Positions 30,933 to 40,776 of a stretch of DNA of 64,000 nucleotides are shown one piece after another. The notes under the pieces were generated by a model. The model ran no database searches. It was given only the letters and a program-made list of their open reading frames with translations, and was not told where the DNA came from. Origin of the DNA: an uncultured bacterium (GTDB lineage Bacteria; Patescibacteriota; Patescibacteriia; SG8-24; DYFX01). The DNA lies in the NCBI GenBank assembly GCA_937900255.1, contig CALCDZ010000004.1, positions 20,857 through 84,856 of the forward strand, written 5' to 3'. A program made the translations under genes and the position numbers. Numbering within the stretch: the first letter of the stretch is position 1; the number at the start of each line of letters is the position of its first letter.

Positions 30933-31748
30933 CTAGCCCAACCGGAATCCCCGCATCGAGATGCTGCCGTAGACGACGCCTTCGTTGAAGAACGAGGGCG
31001 TTTCGTCTTTTTCTTGGAGGCCGAGGGCGTAGAGCATCGGCCAGTAATGGTCGGGCGTGGGGATGGAGAGCTGGGCGGCGTGGCCGAGGTTCGCGTAGTC
31101 GATGAGGGCGTCGTGGTCGCCATCGGCGATGAGTTTGTGGGAGACGGCGTCGAACTCGGCGGCCCAATCGAACGGGCGGTCCGCGGAGGGGTCGATCATG
31201 CCGAGGTTGTGCACGATGTTGCCGCTGCCCATGATCAGCACGCCTTTGCGGCGCAGGGGAGCGAGCGCCCGCCCGAGGTCGTAGTGGAAGCGCGACGGCT
31301 TGGTATAGTCGAGGCTCAGCTGGAAGGTCGGGACGTCGGCGTCCGGGTAAAGGCGTTTCAACACCGACCAGGTGCCGTGGTCGAGGCCCCACTCGGTGTC
31401 GAGCCCGATCGGGAAACCTTCCGCCGCCCGACGTGCCTCTTCAGCCGCGGCCGGTGCGCCCGGACAGGGGTAGCGCTGGTCGTAGAGCTCCTGAGGGAAG
31501 CCGTAGAAATCGTGGATGGTGCGCGGTTCGGCCGAGACGTTGACCATCGTGCCTTTCACGAACCAGTGCGCGGAAATCGAAAGGACGGCGCGCGGCTTGG
31601 GCAGCTCCCGTCCGATTTCCGTCCACGTCCGCGAGAACGCGTTGTCCGTGATGGCATTCATCGGATCGCCATGCCCGACGAACAGGACCGGCATCCGTTC
31701 GGTGGCAGGGAACGCTCCGGCGGCCGACTGGAATTCCTTGATGGTCAT
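30933..31748 (-). CDS. ygiD: extradiol ring-cleavage dioxygenase, class III (LigB / 4,5-DOPA dioxygenase YgiD family)
   Basis: Colinear with E. coli YgiD: MPVLFVGHGDPMN, SAHWF, TIHDFYGFPQELY, SGNIVHNL, PTPDHYWPMLY. Start chosen at MTIKEF (272 aa). Confidence 0.8.
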   Translation of the reverse strand: MTIKEFQSAAGAFPATERMPVLFVGHGDPMNAITDNAFSRTWTEIGRELPKPRAVLSISAHWFVKGTMVNVSAEPRTIHDFYGFPQELYDQRYPCPGAPAAAEEARRAAEGFPIGLDTEWGLDHGTWSVLKRLYPDADVPTFQLSLDYTKPSRFHYDLGRALAPLRRKGVLIMGSGNIVHNLGMIDPSADRPFDWAAEFDAVSHKLIADGDHDALIDYANLGHAAQLSIPTPDHYWPMLYALGLQEKDETPSFFNEGVVYGSISMRGFRLG

Positions 31749-31872
31749 ATGAGAGCAGTATACCCGTATCCGACTTCGGTCAGAAGTACCTAAAAAATGG
31801 CTTATATAAGCTATTTTTATCGAATCCGTGGCGAGTTGAACATCCGGCAGCCGCATGTTAGAGTGCCTTCAT

Positions 31873-33282
31873 ATGGAATCCCAGAAACGTATTTTTGTTT
31901 TGGAAACGCTCCAGCATATCGGCGAGGAAGTCGTGCTCAAAGGGTGGGTGCATGTGCGCCGCAACATGGGCAAGATGATCTTCATCGAGCTGCGCGACCG
32001 CACCGGCATCATCCAGGTCGTCTTCCACCCGGGCAATCCGGACGCGCTCGCCGCGGCCGCCGATCTCCGTTCCGAATACGTCGTGGCTATCCGCGGCAAG
32101 GTCAACAAGCGGCCGGAGAAGCAGGTCATGGCCGAACAGCCGACGGGCACGGTCGAGTTCGAAGCGCTCGAACTGACGGTGCTGAACGCCGCCAAGACGC
32201 CCCCCTTCGAACTCACGGCCGATACGCGCGGCGTCGATGAGGAATTGCGGTTGAAGTACCGCTATCTCGACTTGCGGTCCGAACGCATGCGCAAGAACAT
32301 CGAGCTGCGTCACAAGGTCACCAAGTTCTTCCGCGATTTCCTGACGGAAAAGAATTTCTTCGAGATCGAGACGCCCATCCTGACCAAGGGCACGCCGGAA
32401 GGCTCGCGCGAATACCTGGTGCCGTCGCGCCTGCACGCCGGCAAGTTCTACGTGCTGCCGCAGTCGCCCCAGCAGTTCAAGCAGCTGCTCATGGTCGCCG
32501 GCATGGAGCGCTACTTCCAGGTGGCGCGCTGCTTCCGCGACGAGGACCAGCGCGGCGACCGCCAGCCGGAATTCACCCAGCTCGATATGGAGATGTCGTT
32601 CATCGAGGAAGAGGATATCATCTCGCTCATCGAGGAGATGCTCATCAAGCTGGTGGAGACCGTGTCGCCGGAGAAGAAGATCCTCCAGAAGCCCTTCCCG
32701 CGCCTGTCCTACAAGGAGGCGATGGAGAAGTACGGCAACGACAAGCCGGACCTGCGCGTCAACAAGGACGACCCGAACGAGCTGGCTTTCTGCTGGGTCG
32801 TCGATTTCCCGCTCTTCGAGAAATCCGAGTCCGAAGGCCGTCTCGTTTCCGCCCATCACCCTTTCACCGCCCCTCGCGACGAGCATAAGGCGATGCTCGA
32901 CACCGACCCGGCCAGCGTCATCGCCAAGGCGTATGACATTGTGCTGAACGGCTACGAGATCGGCGGCGGCTCCATCCGTATCCACGACCGCGAGACCCAG
33001 AAGAAGATCTTCCAGATCCTGGGCGCCACCGACGAGGAGATCCAGTCGCGCTTCGGCCACATGCTGGAAGCCTTCGAGTACGGCGCGCCTCCGCATGGCG
33101 GCTGCGCTCCGGGCATCGACCGCATCGTCATGCTCCTGGCGGGGGAACCGAACATCCGCGAGGTCATCACCTTCCCCAAGACCGGCGACGCGCGCGACCC
33201 GATGATGGGCGCTCCCGCCCCCATGCCGGAAGCCCAATTGCAGGAAGCGCACATCCTGGCCTTGGCCCCGAAAATGAAGTAA
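31873..33282 (+). CDS. aspS: aspartyl-tRNA synthetase, bacterial-type core without the GAD insertion domain
   Basis: N-terminal OB domain; [38 protein letters not shown]. Only ~470 aa versus ~590 for GAD-containing enzymes. Confidence 0.9.
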   Translation: MESQKRIFVLETLQHIGEEVVLKGWVHVRRNMGKMIFIELRDRTGIIQVVFHPGNPDALAAAADLRSEYVVAIRGKVNKRPEKQVMAEQPTGTVEFEALELTVLNAAKTPPFELTADTRGVDEELRLKYRYLDLRSERMRKNIELRHKVTKFFRDFLTEKNFFEIETPILTKGTPEGSREYLVPSRLHAGKFYVLPQSPQQFKQLLMVAGMERYFQVARCFRDEDQRGDRQPEFTQLDMEMSFIEEEDIISLIEEMLIKLVETVSPEKKILQKPFPRLSYKEAMEKYGNDKPDLRVNKDDPNELAFCWVVDFPLFEKSESEGRLVSAHHPFTAPRDEHKAMLDTDPASVIAKAYDIVLNGYEIGGGSIRIHDRETQKKIFQILGATDEEIQSRFGHMLEAFEYGAPPHGGCAPGIDRIVMLLAGEPNIREVITFPKTGDARDPMMGAPAPMPEAQLQEAHILALAPKMK

Positions 33283-33291
33283 AATAGCCCT

Positions 33292-33894
33292 ATGGCTGTC
33301 GCCAAACCGCTCCTCACGTATCTCGACAAGGCCGAAATCTCGTACGAAATCGTCCCTCACAAGAAGGTCTACACCGCCTATGATTTGGCGCAGACGCTCG
33401 GCGAGAAGCTCGACGGCATCGCCAAGACGCTGCTCGTGAAGGTAGAGCTCCCGAAAGTCGACAAGCGTGGCAAGCATTACATCCTGGTGATTCCCGCTTC
33501 GTATCGGGCCAACTTCGCCAAGATCAAGAAAGCGCTGAAGGCCAAGAAGGTGGAGATGGCGGTCGAGAAGACGCTCAAGAAGCTGAAGCTCAACCCGGGA
33601 GCGATCACGCCGTTCGGCGGCTATCACAAGCTGGAAATCCTGGTCGATAAGGCCCTGCTCAAGACCAAGCACGCCCTGGTGTCGGCCGGCGCTCACACCG
33701 AAGCCCTGCGCGTGAAGGTCAAGGACTTGCATGAGAAGGAAGGCGCCACGCTCGGCCAGTTCGGCGACAAGGCCAAGATCCAGCTCCAGAAATTCATGAA
33801 GAAGGCCGCCGGGAACGGCGTGAAGAAGGCTGCGAAGAAGGTCGTCAAGGCGTTCGGGAAGGCCAAGAAGGTCCTGAAGAAAAAGAAGGCTTGA
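33292..33894 (+). CDS. ybaK: YbaK/ProX-type aminoacyl-tRNA deacylase domain with C-terminal Lys-rich tail
   Basis: Colinear with E. coli YbaK (AKTLLVKV, KKALKAKKVEMA, GAITPFGG, LVSAGA), then ~45 aa of KKAAGNGVKKAAKKVVKAFGKAKKVLKKKKA. Confidence 0.75.
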   Translation: MAVAKPLLTYLDKAEISYEIVPHKKVYTAYDLAQTLGEKLDGIAKTLLVKVELPKVDKRGKHYILVIPASYRANFAKIKKALKAKKVEMAVEKTLKKLKLNPGAITPFGGYHKLEILVDKALLKTKHALVSAGAHTEALRVKVKDLHEKEGATLGQFGDKAKIQLQKFMKKAAGNGVKKAAKKVVKAFGKAKKVLKKKKA

Positions 33895-34595
33895 TGTACG
33901 GGATTAAGATCGAGAAATTCGAAGGTCCTCTCGACCTCCTGCTCAAGCTGATCGAGCGGGAGGAGCTTGATATCACGCAGGTCGCGCTCGCCAAGGTCAC
34001 CGACCAATATATCGATCAGCTGAAGGCCTTGGCGGAAATCCCGGCCGAAGAATTGGCGGACTTCCTGGTCGTGGCGGCCCGGTTGCTGTTCCTCAAGTCC
34101 AAGATGCTGCTGCCTTTGCTGCAGTGGGACGAGGAGGACGAGGATGGCGACCTGGAACGGCGCCTCCGGATGTACAAGGAGTACGTCGAAGCGGCCAAGA
34201 AGATCCAAGCCATGCTTTCCAAGCGGCGGCATACCTTCGTCCGCGAGAAACCACCGGCCTCCGCGCTCGGTTTCGCCCCGCCTAAGGACCTGACGGCAGA
34301 CAAGATGGCGGAACTTTTCCGGGACGTGCTCCGCCGCCTGGTGCCGGTGGTCAAGCCGCCCGAAGGCGTCATCGAGAAGACCGTCTCGATCCATGAGAAG
34401 ATCCGTTCCATCCAGGATCTCATCGCCAAGCATTCGCGCCTCAGCTTCTCGGGCATGCTCAAGGACGCCGGCACGCGCGCCGAGATCATCGTCACGTTCC
34501 TGGCGCTGCTCGAACTGGTCAAGCAACGGCACGTGACCGTCCGGCAAGGCGCCCACTTCGGCGAGATCGAGCTCGAGACCGCCTCATCCACGTAA
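33891..34595 (+). CDS. scpA: segregation and condensation protein A
   Basis: MMYGIKIEKFEGPLDLLLKLIEREELDIT... Confidence 0.85.
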   Translation: MMYGIKIEKFEGPLDLLLKLIEREELDITQVALAKVTDQYIDQLKALAEIPAEELADFLVVAARLLFLKSKMLLPLLQWDEEDEDGDLERRLRMYKEYVEAAKKIQAMLSKRRHTFVREKPPASALGFAPPKDLTADKMAELFRDVLRRLVPVVKPPEGVIEKTVSIHEKIRSIQDLIAKHSRLSFSGMLKDAGTRAEIIVTFLALLELVKQRHVTVRQGAHFGEIELETASST

Positions 34596-34604
34596 GCCAC
34601 GGCC

Positions 34605-35210
34605 ATGTCGGTCAAATCGGAAATCGAAAGCCTGCTGTTCGTCTCCAGCCGCCCGCTCACGGTCAAGCGGCTGGCAGAAATCACGGGACATCCCAAGGAA
34701 GAGGTCGCGGGAGCGCTCGAAGCGCTCACCTCCGAGCTTGACGCTCGCGCGGACGCCGGTTTCGTCGTGCTCCGGAGCGGGGATGAAGTGCAGCTGGCTA
34801 CCAGCCCGGACAACGCCGAGATGGTCAAAGGCTTCCTGAAGGACGAGAGCTTCGGCGAACTCACCCGCCCCGCGCTTGAGACGCTCACGATCATCGGCTA
34901 CCGCGGCCCGCTCACCAAGGCCGAACTCGAGCAGATCCGCGGCGTCAACTGCAGCCTGATCCTGCGCAACCTGATGATCCGCGGTCTGGTGGAGACCGAG
35001 GGCGGCAAGACCGATGATCCGACCGCCCCCGCCCTCTACCGCACGACGTTCGATTTCCTCCGCTATCTCGGCCTGCGGTCGACATCGGAACTTCCCGACT
35101 ACGAGCATCTCCGCAGCGACGAGAACCTGCAGAAGCTCATCGAGGCGCAAAAGCCTCCGACCGCCGCCCCGGCCGAAAATCCGACCGAACCTCAAACTGA
35201 CGCCGCTTGA
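34605..35210 (+). CDS. scpB: segregation and condensation protein B
   Basis: Tandem winged-helix ScpB (IESLLFVSSRPLTVKRLAEI...). Confidence 0.85.
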   Translation: MSVKSEIESLLFVSSRPLTVKRLAEITGHPKEEVAGALEALTSELDARADAGFVVLRSGDEVQLATSPDNAEMVKGFLKDESFGELTRPALETLTIIGYRGPLTKAELEQIRGVNCSLILRNLMIRGLVETEGGKTDDPTAPALYRTTFDFLRYLGLRSTSELPDYEHLRSDENLQKLIEAQKPPTAAPAENPTEPQTDAA

Positions 35211-36166
35211 CGGTTCGTATGGCCGCTTTTTTCCTGCACATGCTCATGCTCTCGGTCTTTACGGGCGTCACCGCTCGCACGGACCTTTTGCGCCCGCCGT
35301 CGGTCACGTTCGCCGCCGCTCCTTCGAGCGGCGATTCTGCGCAGCCTGGGCCGTCGCAAGGGCCGAAGGATTCGGCCGTCGCACCTCCGCGCAAGATCGA
35401 CCCGGCAAGCCTGGGCGTCCGCCTGACGGCGCCGACCTCGGCCTTGGTCGACGTCCGGAGCGGCGAGATCCTTTTTTCGGAAGGCGACGACCGCGTGGCT
35501 CCGATCGCCTCGATCACCAAGCTCATGACCGCGCTCGTCCTGCTCGACGCGAAACCGGACTGGGACGCGCCGGTCACGATCGAGGCGGGCGACAACGCCC
35601 TTGAGGGCATCCAGTATCTCAAGGTAGGGGACACGCTTTCGGCTCGCGACGCCTTCAAGGTCATGCTGGTCGGTTCGGCCAACAACTGCGCGATGGCCCT
35701 TTCGCGTTCCGCGGGCATGACCCGCGAGCAGTTCGTCGCCCGGATGAATTCCAAGGCGCGCGAGCTCGGGCTGTCCCACACCGTCTTCGTCGACCCGACA
35801 GGCTACTTGCCGCAGAACCGTTCCGTCGCGCTGGAGGTTGCGCGCTTGGCGTACGCGGCGGTCTCGCGTCCGGAAGTGCGCGACGCCCTCACGACCAAGC
35901 GCCTCAGCGTCCGTACCTCCGCAGGCGTCGAACGGGACGTTCCCGCGACGGACGAGCTGCTTGACAGTTTCCTGAACCAGGGCGATTTCCAGATCGTCGG
36001 CGGCAAGACCGGCTATACGCAGGAAGCCGGCTATACGCTCGTATTGCGCGCCAAGAAGGGCGCTGCTGACGTCATCGCGGTGACGCTCGGCAGCTCCAGT
36101 TCCGACGCGCGTTTCCAGGACGCCAAGAGCCTGCTGTTCTGGGGATTCAAAACGTTCGAATGGTGA
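35207..36166 (+). CDS. D-alanyl-D-alanine carboxypeptidase (peptidase S11, PBP5-like)
   Basis: Signal/TM N-terminus; SxxK (ASITK), SxN (GSANN), KTG (GGKTGYT) motifs. Confidence 0.8.
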   Translation: MTVRMAAFFLHMLMLSVFTGVTARTDLLRPPSVTFAAAPSSGDSAQPGPSQGPKDSAVAPPRKIDPASLGVRLTAPTSALVDVRSGEILFSEGDDRVAPIASITKLMTALVLLDAKPDWDAPVTIEAGDNALEGIQYLKVGDTLSARDAFKVMLVGSANNCAMALSRSAGMTREQFVARMNSKARELGLSHTVFVDPTGYLPQNRSVALEVARLAYAAVSRPEVRDALTTKRLSVRTSAGVERDVPATDELLDSFLNQGDFQIVGGKTGYTQEAGYTLVLRAKKGAADVIAVTLGSSSSDARFQDAKSLLFWGFKTFEW

Positions 36167-36187
36167 ACGTGCTAGAATGGAGGGACT

Positions 36188-37351
36188 ATGCGTATCGCCA
36201 TCGATTGCCGACCGATCACGGATCCGGAGAGCGGGGGAATGGCCGGCATCGGCCACTACGCGCATTCGCTGGTCCGGCATCTTCTCAGGATCGACGAGGA
36301 AAACGCCTATACCCTTCTTTTTGACGAGCGCGTCTCCAAGGATACGGTCAACCTCCTGATCGGAGGCCATCGCAACGCCGAGCGGAAGATCCTGCCGCTT
36401 TCCCGTTTCAAGCGGTTTTTCCCGTATGCGTACTCTCACCGGTACGTGGCTTCGGCGATCGTGAAGACCGGCGCGGACATCTTTCACGGCACGACCGGCA
36501 GCCTGCCTCTCGGATATCGCGGCCGCAGCGTCGTCACGGTCCATGATATGGCGATTTACCTGCACCCGGAGTGGTTCCCGGGCGGGCAGTTCTTTTCCCG
36601 CAGGCTGGTCGTGCCGGCCAGCTTGAGGCGCGCCGAGAGGCTGATCGCCGTTTCGGAGTCCACCAAAGAGGACTTGCGGCGGCTGTTCCTGGTGCCGTCC
36701 GAGAAGATCGCCGTCGTGCATGAAGGCGTCGAGCCGCCGCCGCCCGGAGCCTGGGACCTGCCGGCCCTCAAGGGTTTGGAGAAGCCGTATCTGCTGTTCC
36801 TCGGGACGGTCGAGCCCCGCAAGAACGTCGAAGGGCTCGTCAGGGCGTATGTCTCGCTGGCCGAGCGTTTCCCGAAGTTGGCATCCGGAGCCGAACTCGT
36901 GATCGCCGGCGGCCGCGGTTGGAAATCCGAGGCGGCTTTCGCCGCCATCGAGGCCGCCAACCGCCGTTTCGGGCGTTCCGGCCCGCGCATCCGCGCGCTC
37001 GGATACGTGCCGGAAGAGGACAAGATCGCGCTCATGGCGCGTGCCAAGGCTTTCGTCTTCCCCAGCCGCTATGAAGGCTTCGGTTTGCCCGTGCTCGAAG
37101 CCATGGCCCTCGGCGTGCCGGTCATCACGTCCAACCTTTCTTCTTTGCCGGAGATCGCTGGGCGCGGAGCGGCCCTGCTGGTCGATCCGGAAAATCCGGT
37201 CGAAATCTCGCTGGCGATGAAGCACCTCCTGGAGGACGAAGCCAAGCGCGCCGAACTCGGCCGCCGCGGGCTCATGCGTTCGACCGATTTCCGCTGGGAC
37301 AAGATGGCGGGGGAGACGCTCGAAGTCTATGAGGAAGCGGCCAGGGCTTGA
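36188..37351 (+). CDS. glycosyltransferase family 4
   Basis: GT-B fold; C-terminal EGFGLPVLEAMALGVPVITSN (EX7E-type motif). Confidence 0.8.
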   Translation: MRIAIDCRPITDPESGGMAGIGHYAHSLVRHLLRIDEENAYTLLFDERVSKDTVNLLIGGHRNAERKILPLSRFKRFFPYAYSHRYVASAIVKTGADIFHGTTGSLPLGYRGRSVVTVHDMAIYLHPEWFPGGQFFSRRLVVPASLRRAERLIAVSESTKEDLRRLFLVPSEKIAVVHEGVEPPPPGAWDLPALKGLEKPYLLFLGTVEPRKNVEGLVRAYVSLAERFPKLASGAELVIAGGRGWKSEAAFAAIEAANRRFGRSGPRIRALGYVPEEDKIALMARAKAFVFPSRYEGFGLPVLEAMALGVPVITSNLSSLPEIAGRGAALLVDPENPVEISLAMKHLLEDEAKRAELGRRGLMRSTDFRWDKMAGETLEVYEEAARA

Positions 37352-37393
37352 CGCTCCAGGCCCCTTCGGTTATAGTTCCGCTAGCCATATCGA

Positions 37394-37469
37394 CGCGGGG
37401 TAGAGCAGTTGGCAGCTCGGCGGGCCCATAACCCGCAGGTCGCGGGTTCGAGTCCCGCCCCCGCAACCA
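37394..37469 (+). tRNA. initiator tRNA-Met (anticodon CAU)
   Basis: C1:A72 mismatch; anticodon stem GCGGG/CCCGC with three G-C pairs; loop CCCATAA; T-arm GCGGG-TTCGAGT-CCCGC; encoded CCA. Confidence 0.9.
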
Positions 37470-37470
37470 A

Positions 37471-37504
37471 AAGACCCTCAGCTTCACCGCTGAGGGTCTT
37501 TTCG
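37471..37504. terminator. strong bidirectional rho-independent terminator
   Basis: AAGACCCTCAGC-ttcacc-GCTGAGGGTCTT, a perfect 12-bp stem flanked by A-run and T-run; between tRNA-fMet (+) and the sigma gene (-). Confidence 0.7.
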
Positions 37505-37520
37505 TAAAGAAAAATCGCCG

Positions 37521-38558
37521 TCATCTGCGGCGATCCGTGCGGATTTCGGAGAGGATCGCGCCCAGCCCTCTGGACTTTCGGAGTTTGCGCATGAGTTGGA
37601 CGTCGATCTGCCGGATCCTTTCCCCGCTCAGTCGGCAGATGGCCCCGATTTCCTTGTAGGTGAGGCCGTTGCCGCCCTTCAGCCCGTAGCGCAGTTTAAG
37701 GATCTTCCTTTCCAGCGGGGTCAGCGCTTGGATGGCTTCCTTCAGTCTTGCGGCGGCGGCTTCCGGTATCAGCGTCGTCCAAGGCGGCGTCTCTTCAGCT
37801 TCTTCCGACGGGACGCTTTCCCCCAAGGTCGCACCTCCTTCGTCCATCGTTGCGATAGGACGATCGAGCGAGAGCGGTTGGCGGAGGTTCGTCTGGATTC
37901 GGCGTATGTTCTTGATGAGCGCCTTCAGCGACAAGGACCCATGATCGCCCTCGCGCCGTTTCAGCTTATCCGCGGCATGGAGCGCTTGGGCGACTTCCTC
38001 ATCGTGGGGTTCACGACCCAACCGCGCCCGCAATTCCGCGCGTGCGACGTCGACCCTGCGCGAGAACGTCAGCATCTGCGACGGGATGCGTATCAGTCGC
38101 GCCTTGCGCGTTATCGCGTGCCCGATGCGCTGCCGTATCCACCAAGTCGCGTAGGTCGAGAACCGTACGCCCCGGCGTTCATCATAGCGTAGTGCGGCGC
38201 ACATCAACCCGATGCCGCCCTCCTGCATGAGGTCCTCGATCGGCATGACCGATTGCCCATGATGATTGCGTACATGGGCGATGACGAGACCCAGATTCGA
38301 TCGGACGAAGCGGTCCCGCAGTTTCAGGCCTTCCGGCGTGGCGTAGCGGGAAAAGATCGTATCGATATCGTGGACGTCTTGCACCCCTGCCGATTCGGCG
38401 GCCTTTTTGGTCGCTTCCACATGGGCGCGCATTTCGCATCCGATCTGGCGCTCCTCTTCAAGCGTCAGGAGCCTTGATTTGCCATCAGCGAGCCTTTTTC
38501 GGAGGCTTCCGGGCGTATCGCCAGCCGCGTGTTGGGCGGTCTTTTTCCCGTTTCGCAT
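37521..38558 (-). CDS. RNA polymerase sigma-70 family factor (RpoD-like, no region 1.1)
   Basis: Region 2 DLMQEGGIGLMCAALRYDERRGVRFSTYATWWIRQRIG, region 3, and region 4 HTH (LTYKEIGAICRLSGERIRQI); 345 aa. Confidence 0.85.
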   Translation of the reverse strand: MRNGKKTAQHAAGDTPGSLRKRLADGKSRLLTLEEERQIGCEMRAHVEATKKAAESAGVQDVHDIDTIFSRYATPEGLKLRDRFVRSNLGLVIAHVRNHHGQSVMPIEDLMQEGGIGLMCAALRYDERRGVRFSTYATWWIRQRIGHAITRKARLIRIPSQMLTFSRRVDVARAELRARLGREPHDEEVAQALHAADKLKRREGDHGSLSLKALIKNIRRIQTNLRQPLSLDRPIATMDEGGATLGESVPSEEAEETPPWTTLIPEAAAARLKEAIQALTPLERKILKLRYGLKGGNGLTYKEIGAICRLSGERIRQIDVQLMRKLRKSRGLGAILSEIRTDRRR

Positions 38559-38685
38559 GCGGTCCTCCCGCGCGTTCCCGATGAAGCCGGGCGCTCTCCC
38601 ATGTCAGCAGGTACCTTCTCCGATGTCAAGCCGCGGCTCTTGCCAAACGAAAGGGTTTTTGATAGCATTTTGCCGGTAAGCCCGC

Positions 38686-38762
38686 GGCGGGATAGCTCAG
38701 TTGGTTAGAGCGTGGGACTCATAAGCCCAAGGTCGAGGGTTCAACTCCCTCTCCCGCTACCA
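38686..38762 (+). tRNA. tRNA with CAU anticodon (elongator Met or lysidine-modified Ile2)
   Basis: GGCGGGA/TCCCGCT acceptor (G1.U72); D-loop AGTTGGTTA; anticodon loop CTCATAA; T-arm GAGGG-TTCAACT-CCCTC; encoded CCA. Confidence 0.8.
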
Positions 38763-38765
38763 GAA

Positions 38766-38796
38766 AAGACCTCATCGCGAGATGGGGTTTTTTCTT
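38766..38796 (+). terminator. rho-independent terminator after tRNA
   Basis: CCTCATC-gcga-GATGGGG followed by TTTTTTCTTT. Confidence 0.5.
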
Positions 38797-38813
38797 TGCT
38801 GACGTCAACGGCG

Positions 38814-40115
38814 CTATACGGCGTGGACCTGGATGCCATCCAGCAATGCGTTGACGGCCTTGCCGCCGAAATACCGGCTCAGTTTCAGGGACTTGGCGGG
38901 CGTCGGCTGCGGAAGTCCGCCTGCGTCATTCACGACCTTTTCCAGCCAATCGAATATGACGGGCTGCGAGGTGCCGGCTCCTCCGACCTGGCAATGGCTG
39001 GCCGCCCACCCCTCATCAAAAAGGAACTCGTGAAAGGAGGCGGGTCGAGGCAGATCCTTCATGAACTGAAGTGCGGTGAGTCCCGTCCGCTCGTTGGTCT
39101 GCGCGTATTCGGCTTCTCCGTACAGGAGCAATACGGGACGATCCATTTTGGGCGCCAGATCCTTGACGCTGAAGGGTTTCCAGAATTCCATCACCTCATG
39201 CGGTTCCGAGACCCCCATCATCCAGCGGAAGTGATTCATGAGGCCGAACAGCTGGATGTTCCTGCTTTCCAGGAAAGCGAAGACGGCATCGTTCTTGAAG
39301 ATCGCCGGCATCGTCGCATCCCACGCCTCGTTGACGTCCACGGCCATGCCGTTGGCGATGCACGCGCAGATGCGTTTTTCGTAGGCGGTGATGCGTACTC
39401 CTAGCCCTGCACCCATGGAATAGCCGATGAGGGCGATCTTTTTCTCATCGACCTCCTCGCGACGGACCAGCCAATCCACGACCGCCTTGGCCGGCGCCTC
39501 ATAGTCGGCACGCAGGTGGAAACTGGGATTCATCTGCAGCGCGCTCCATTGGCCTGGTCCTTCGAACGTCAGGAAATTCCAGCCGCGTTCCGCAGCCGCG
39601 AAGCCGATCCAATGGACCAGCTCTTCGTTCGTCGAATCGCCTCCGTTCACGGCCATGAGCGTCGGACGCTTCCCGGCCCGCCTGGCCGGCAGGAAGTACC
39701 CGGGCATTTCAGCGCCTTCGAACGGAATGCGGATCGGTTCGACCCGGGCATCGAGGAGCCCTGCTCCTTTTTCGAAAGCCTCGCGGCTTTTCCTGATGGC
39801 GGCTGTGCGGCGCGGGTCGAGATGATCGGTGAAATACATGCCGGTCCGCGTGTAGTTGCTCGCCCGAAGATAGGCTTCGCGCGCTGTCACGAGGCTGCCT
39901 GCTTGATGCGCCTTTTCCGCTTTTTGAAGGACATCATCGGCCAGGGCGAGCCACTCCTTGATCCAGCTCTCGCGGTCGCCTTTCCTGATCCTTCCGGTCG
40001 CGGCGAGGCATTCGTCGAGCGCGGCACCTTTCGTCGGAGCGACACTGAGGGCCCTGATGACGTCGAACGATTCGGTGCCGACGTCCATCTGACGGTCCCT
40101 GAAGTCGAGATTCAT
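38814..40115 (-). CDS. alpha/beta-fold hydrolase with helical N-terminal domain (FrsA/DUF1100-like)
   Basis: Nucleophile elbow GYSMG; prolyl-oligopeptidase-like alpha/beta core; 433 aa. Confidence 0.55.
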   Translation of the reverse strand: MNLDFRDRQMDVGTESFDVIRALSVAPTKGAALDECLAATGRIRKGDRESWIKEWLALADDVLQKAEKAHQAGSLVTAREAYLRASNYTRTGMYFTDHLDPRRTAAIRKSREAFEKGAGLLDARVEPIRIPFEGAEMPGYFLPARRAGKRPTLMAVNGGDSTNEELVHWIGFAAAERGWNFLTFEGPGQWSALQMNPSFHLRADYEAPAKAVVDWLVRREEVDEKKIALIGYSMGAGLGVRITAYEKRICACIANGMAVDVNEAWDATMPAIFKNDAVFAFLESRNIQLFGLMNHFRWMMGVSEPHEVMEFWKPFSVKDLAPKMDRPVLLLYGEAEYAQTNERTGLTALQFMKDLPRPASFHEFLFDEGWAASHCQVGGAGTSQPVIFDWLEKVVNDAGGLPQPTPAKSLKLSRYFGGKAVNALLDGIQVHAV

Positions 40116-40142
40116 GGTTTTATCGATAGGTGAGTGAGCGGC

Positions 40143-40610
40143 CTATTTCCTCGCGTCATCGCCGAAAGCATCTTCGACTTCGGCGAGGACGCGCAGAAAC
40201 GCATCTATCTCTTCCTTAGGGCGTTCACGCATGATTCGCCTGAGCTTGTCCAGCGTCGGCGCCGCGTGACGCTCATGCGCTTCGAACGCAGCCCGTCCCT
40301 TCGGCGTCAGTTCCAGCGGCGTTTCCCTGCGGTTATGGCCTTGTCTCGTCTTTTTCACGAGGCCGTCGGCCGTCAACTTGGTGACGATCTGGGAAATCGC
40401 GCCCTTCGTTACCATCGCGTGTCCGCTCAGGGCGGTGATGGTTGCGGCGCGGTTCTTCCCGATGGCCTCGATGACGTGGAGCGTGGAGGGGCCGAGAAGG
40501 CGATTCCCGACCCGCAGAGGCTTTTTGGATGCCGCCTCGTATATCAGGAAGATCCTGGAAAAGATCTTGACGCCCTCTTCAAGGCGATGCCGGATGTCTC
40601 GGGCATGCAT
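40143..40610 (-). CDS. MarR-family transcriptional regulator
   Basis: Winged HTH (ATITALSGHAMVTKGAISQIVTKLTADGLVKK), 155 aa. Confidence 0.8.
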   Translation of the reverse strand: MHARDIRHRLEEGVKIFSRIFLIYEAASKKPLRVGNRLLGPSTLHVIEAIGKNRAATITALSGHAMVTKGAISQIVTKLTADGLVKKTRQGHNRRETPLELTPKGRAAFEAHERHAAPTLDKLRRIMRERPKEEIDAFLRVLAEVEDAFGDDARK

Positions 40611-40626
40611 ACGATGTCTGCCAATG

Positions 40627-40650
40627 GTTTAGTATCTAAACTATTAGTAA
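40627..40650. promoter_or_regulatory. candidate MarR operator
   Basis: Perfect palindrome GTTTAG-tat-CTAAAC plus a repeated TTAGTA half-site, in an A+T-rich patch between the divergent marR-like and ydjM-like genes. Confidence 0.4.
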
Positions 40651-40776
40651 CATGCGCGGCTCCCGAAGTCAACTCCGTTGGAGGACGCGGGGCCGAGATC
40701 GCGATTCCGGAGCGGTATGCCTCGGGCGGGGAGTGGCCGGACCGTTGCCGCCGGCGTACGCCGGTGCTATACTCCC

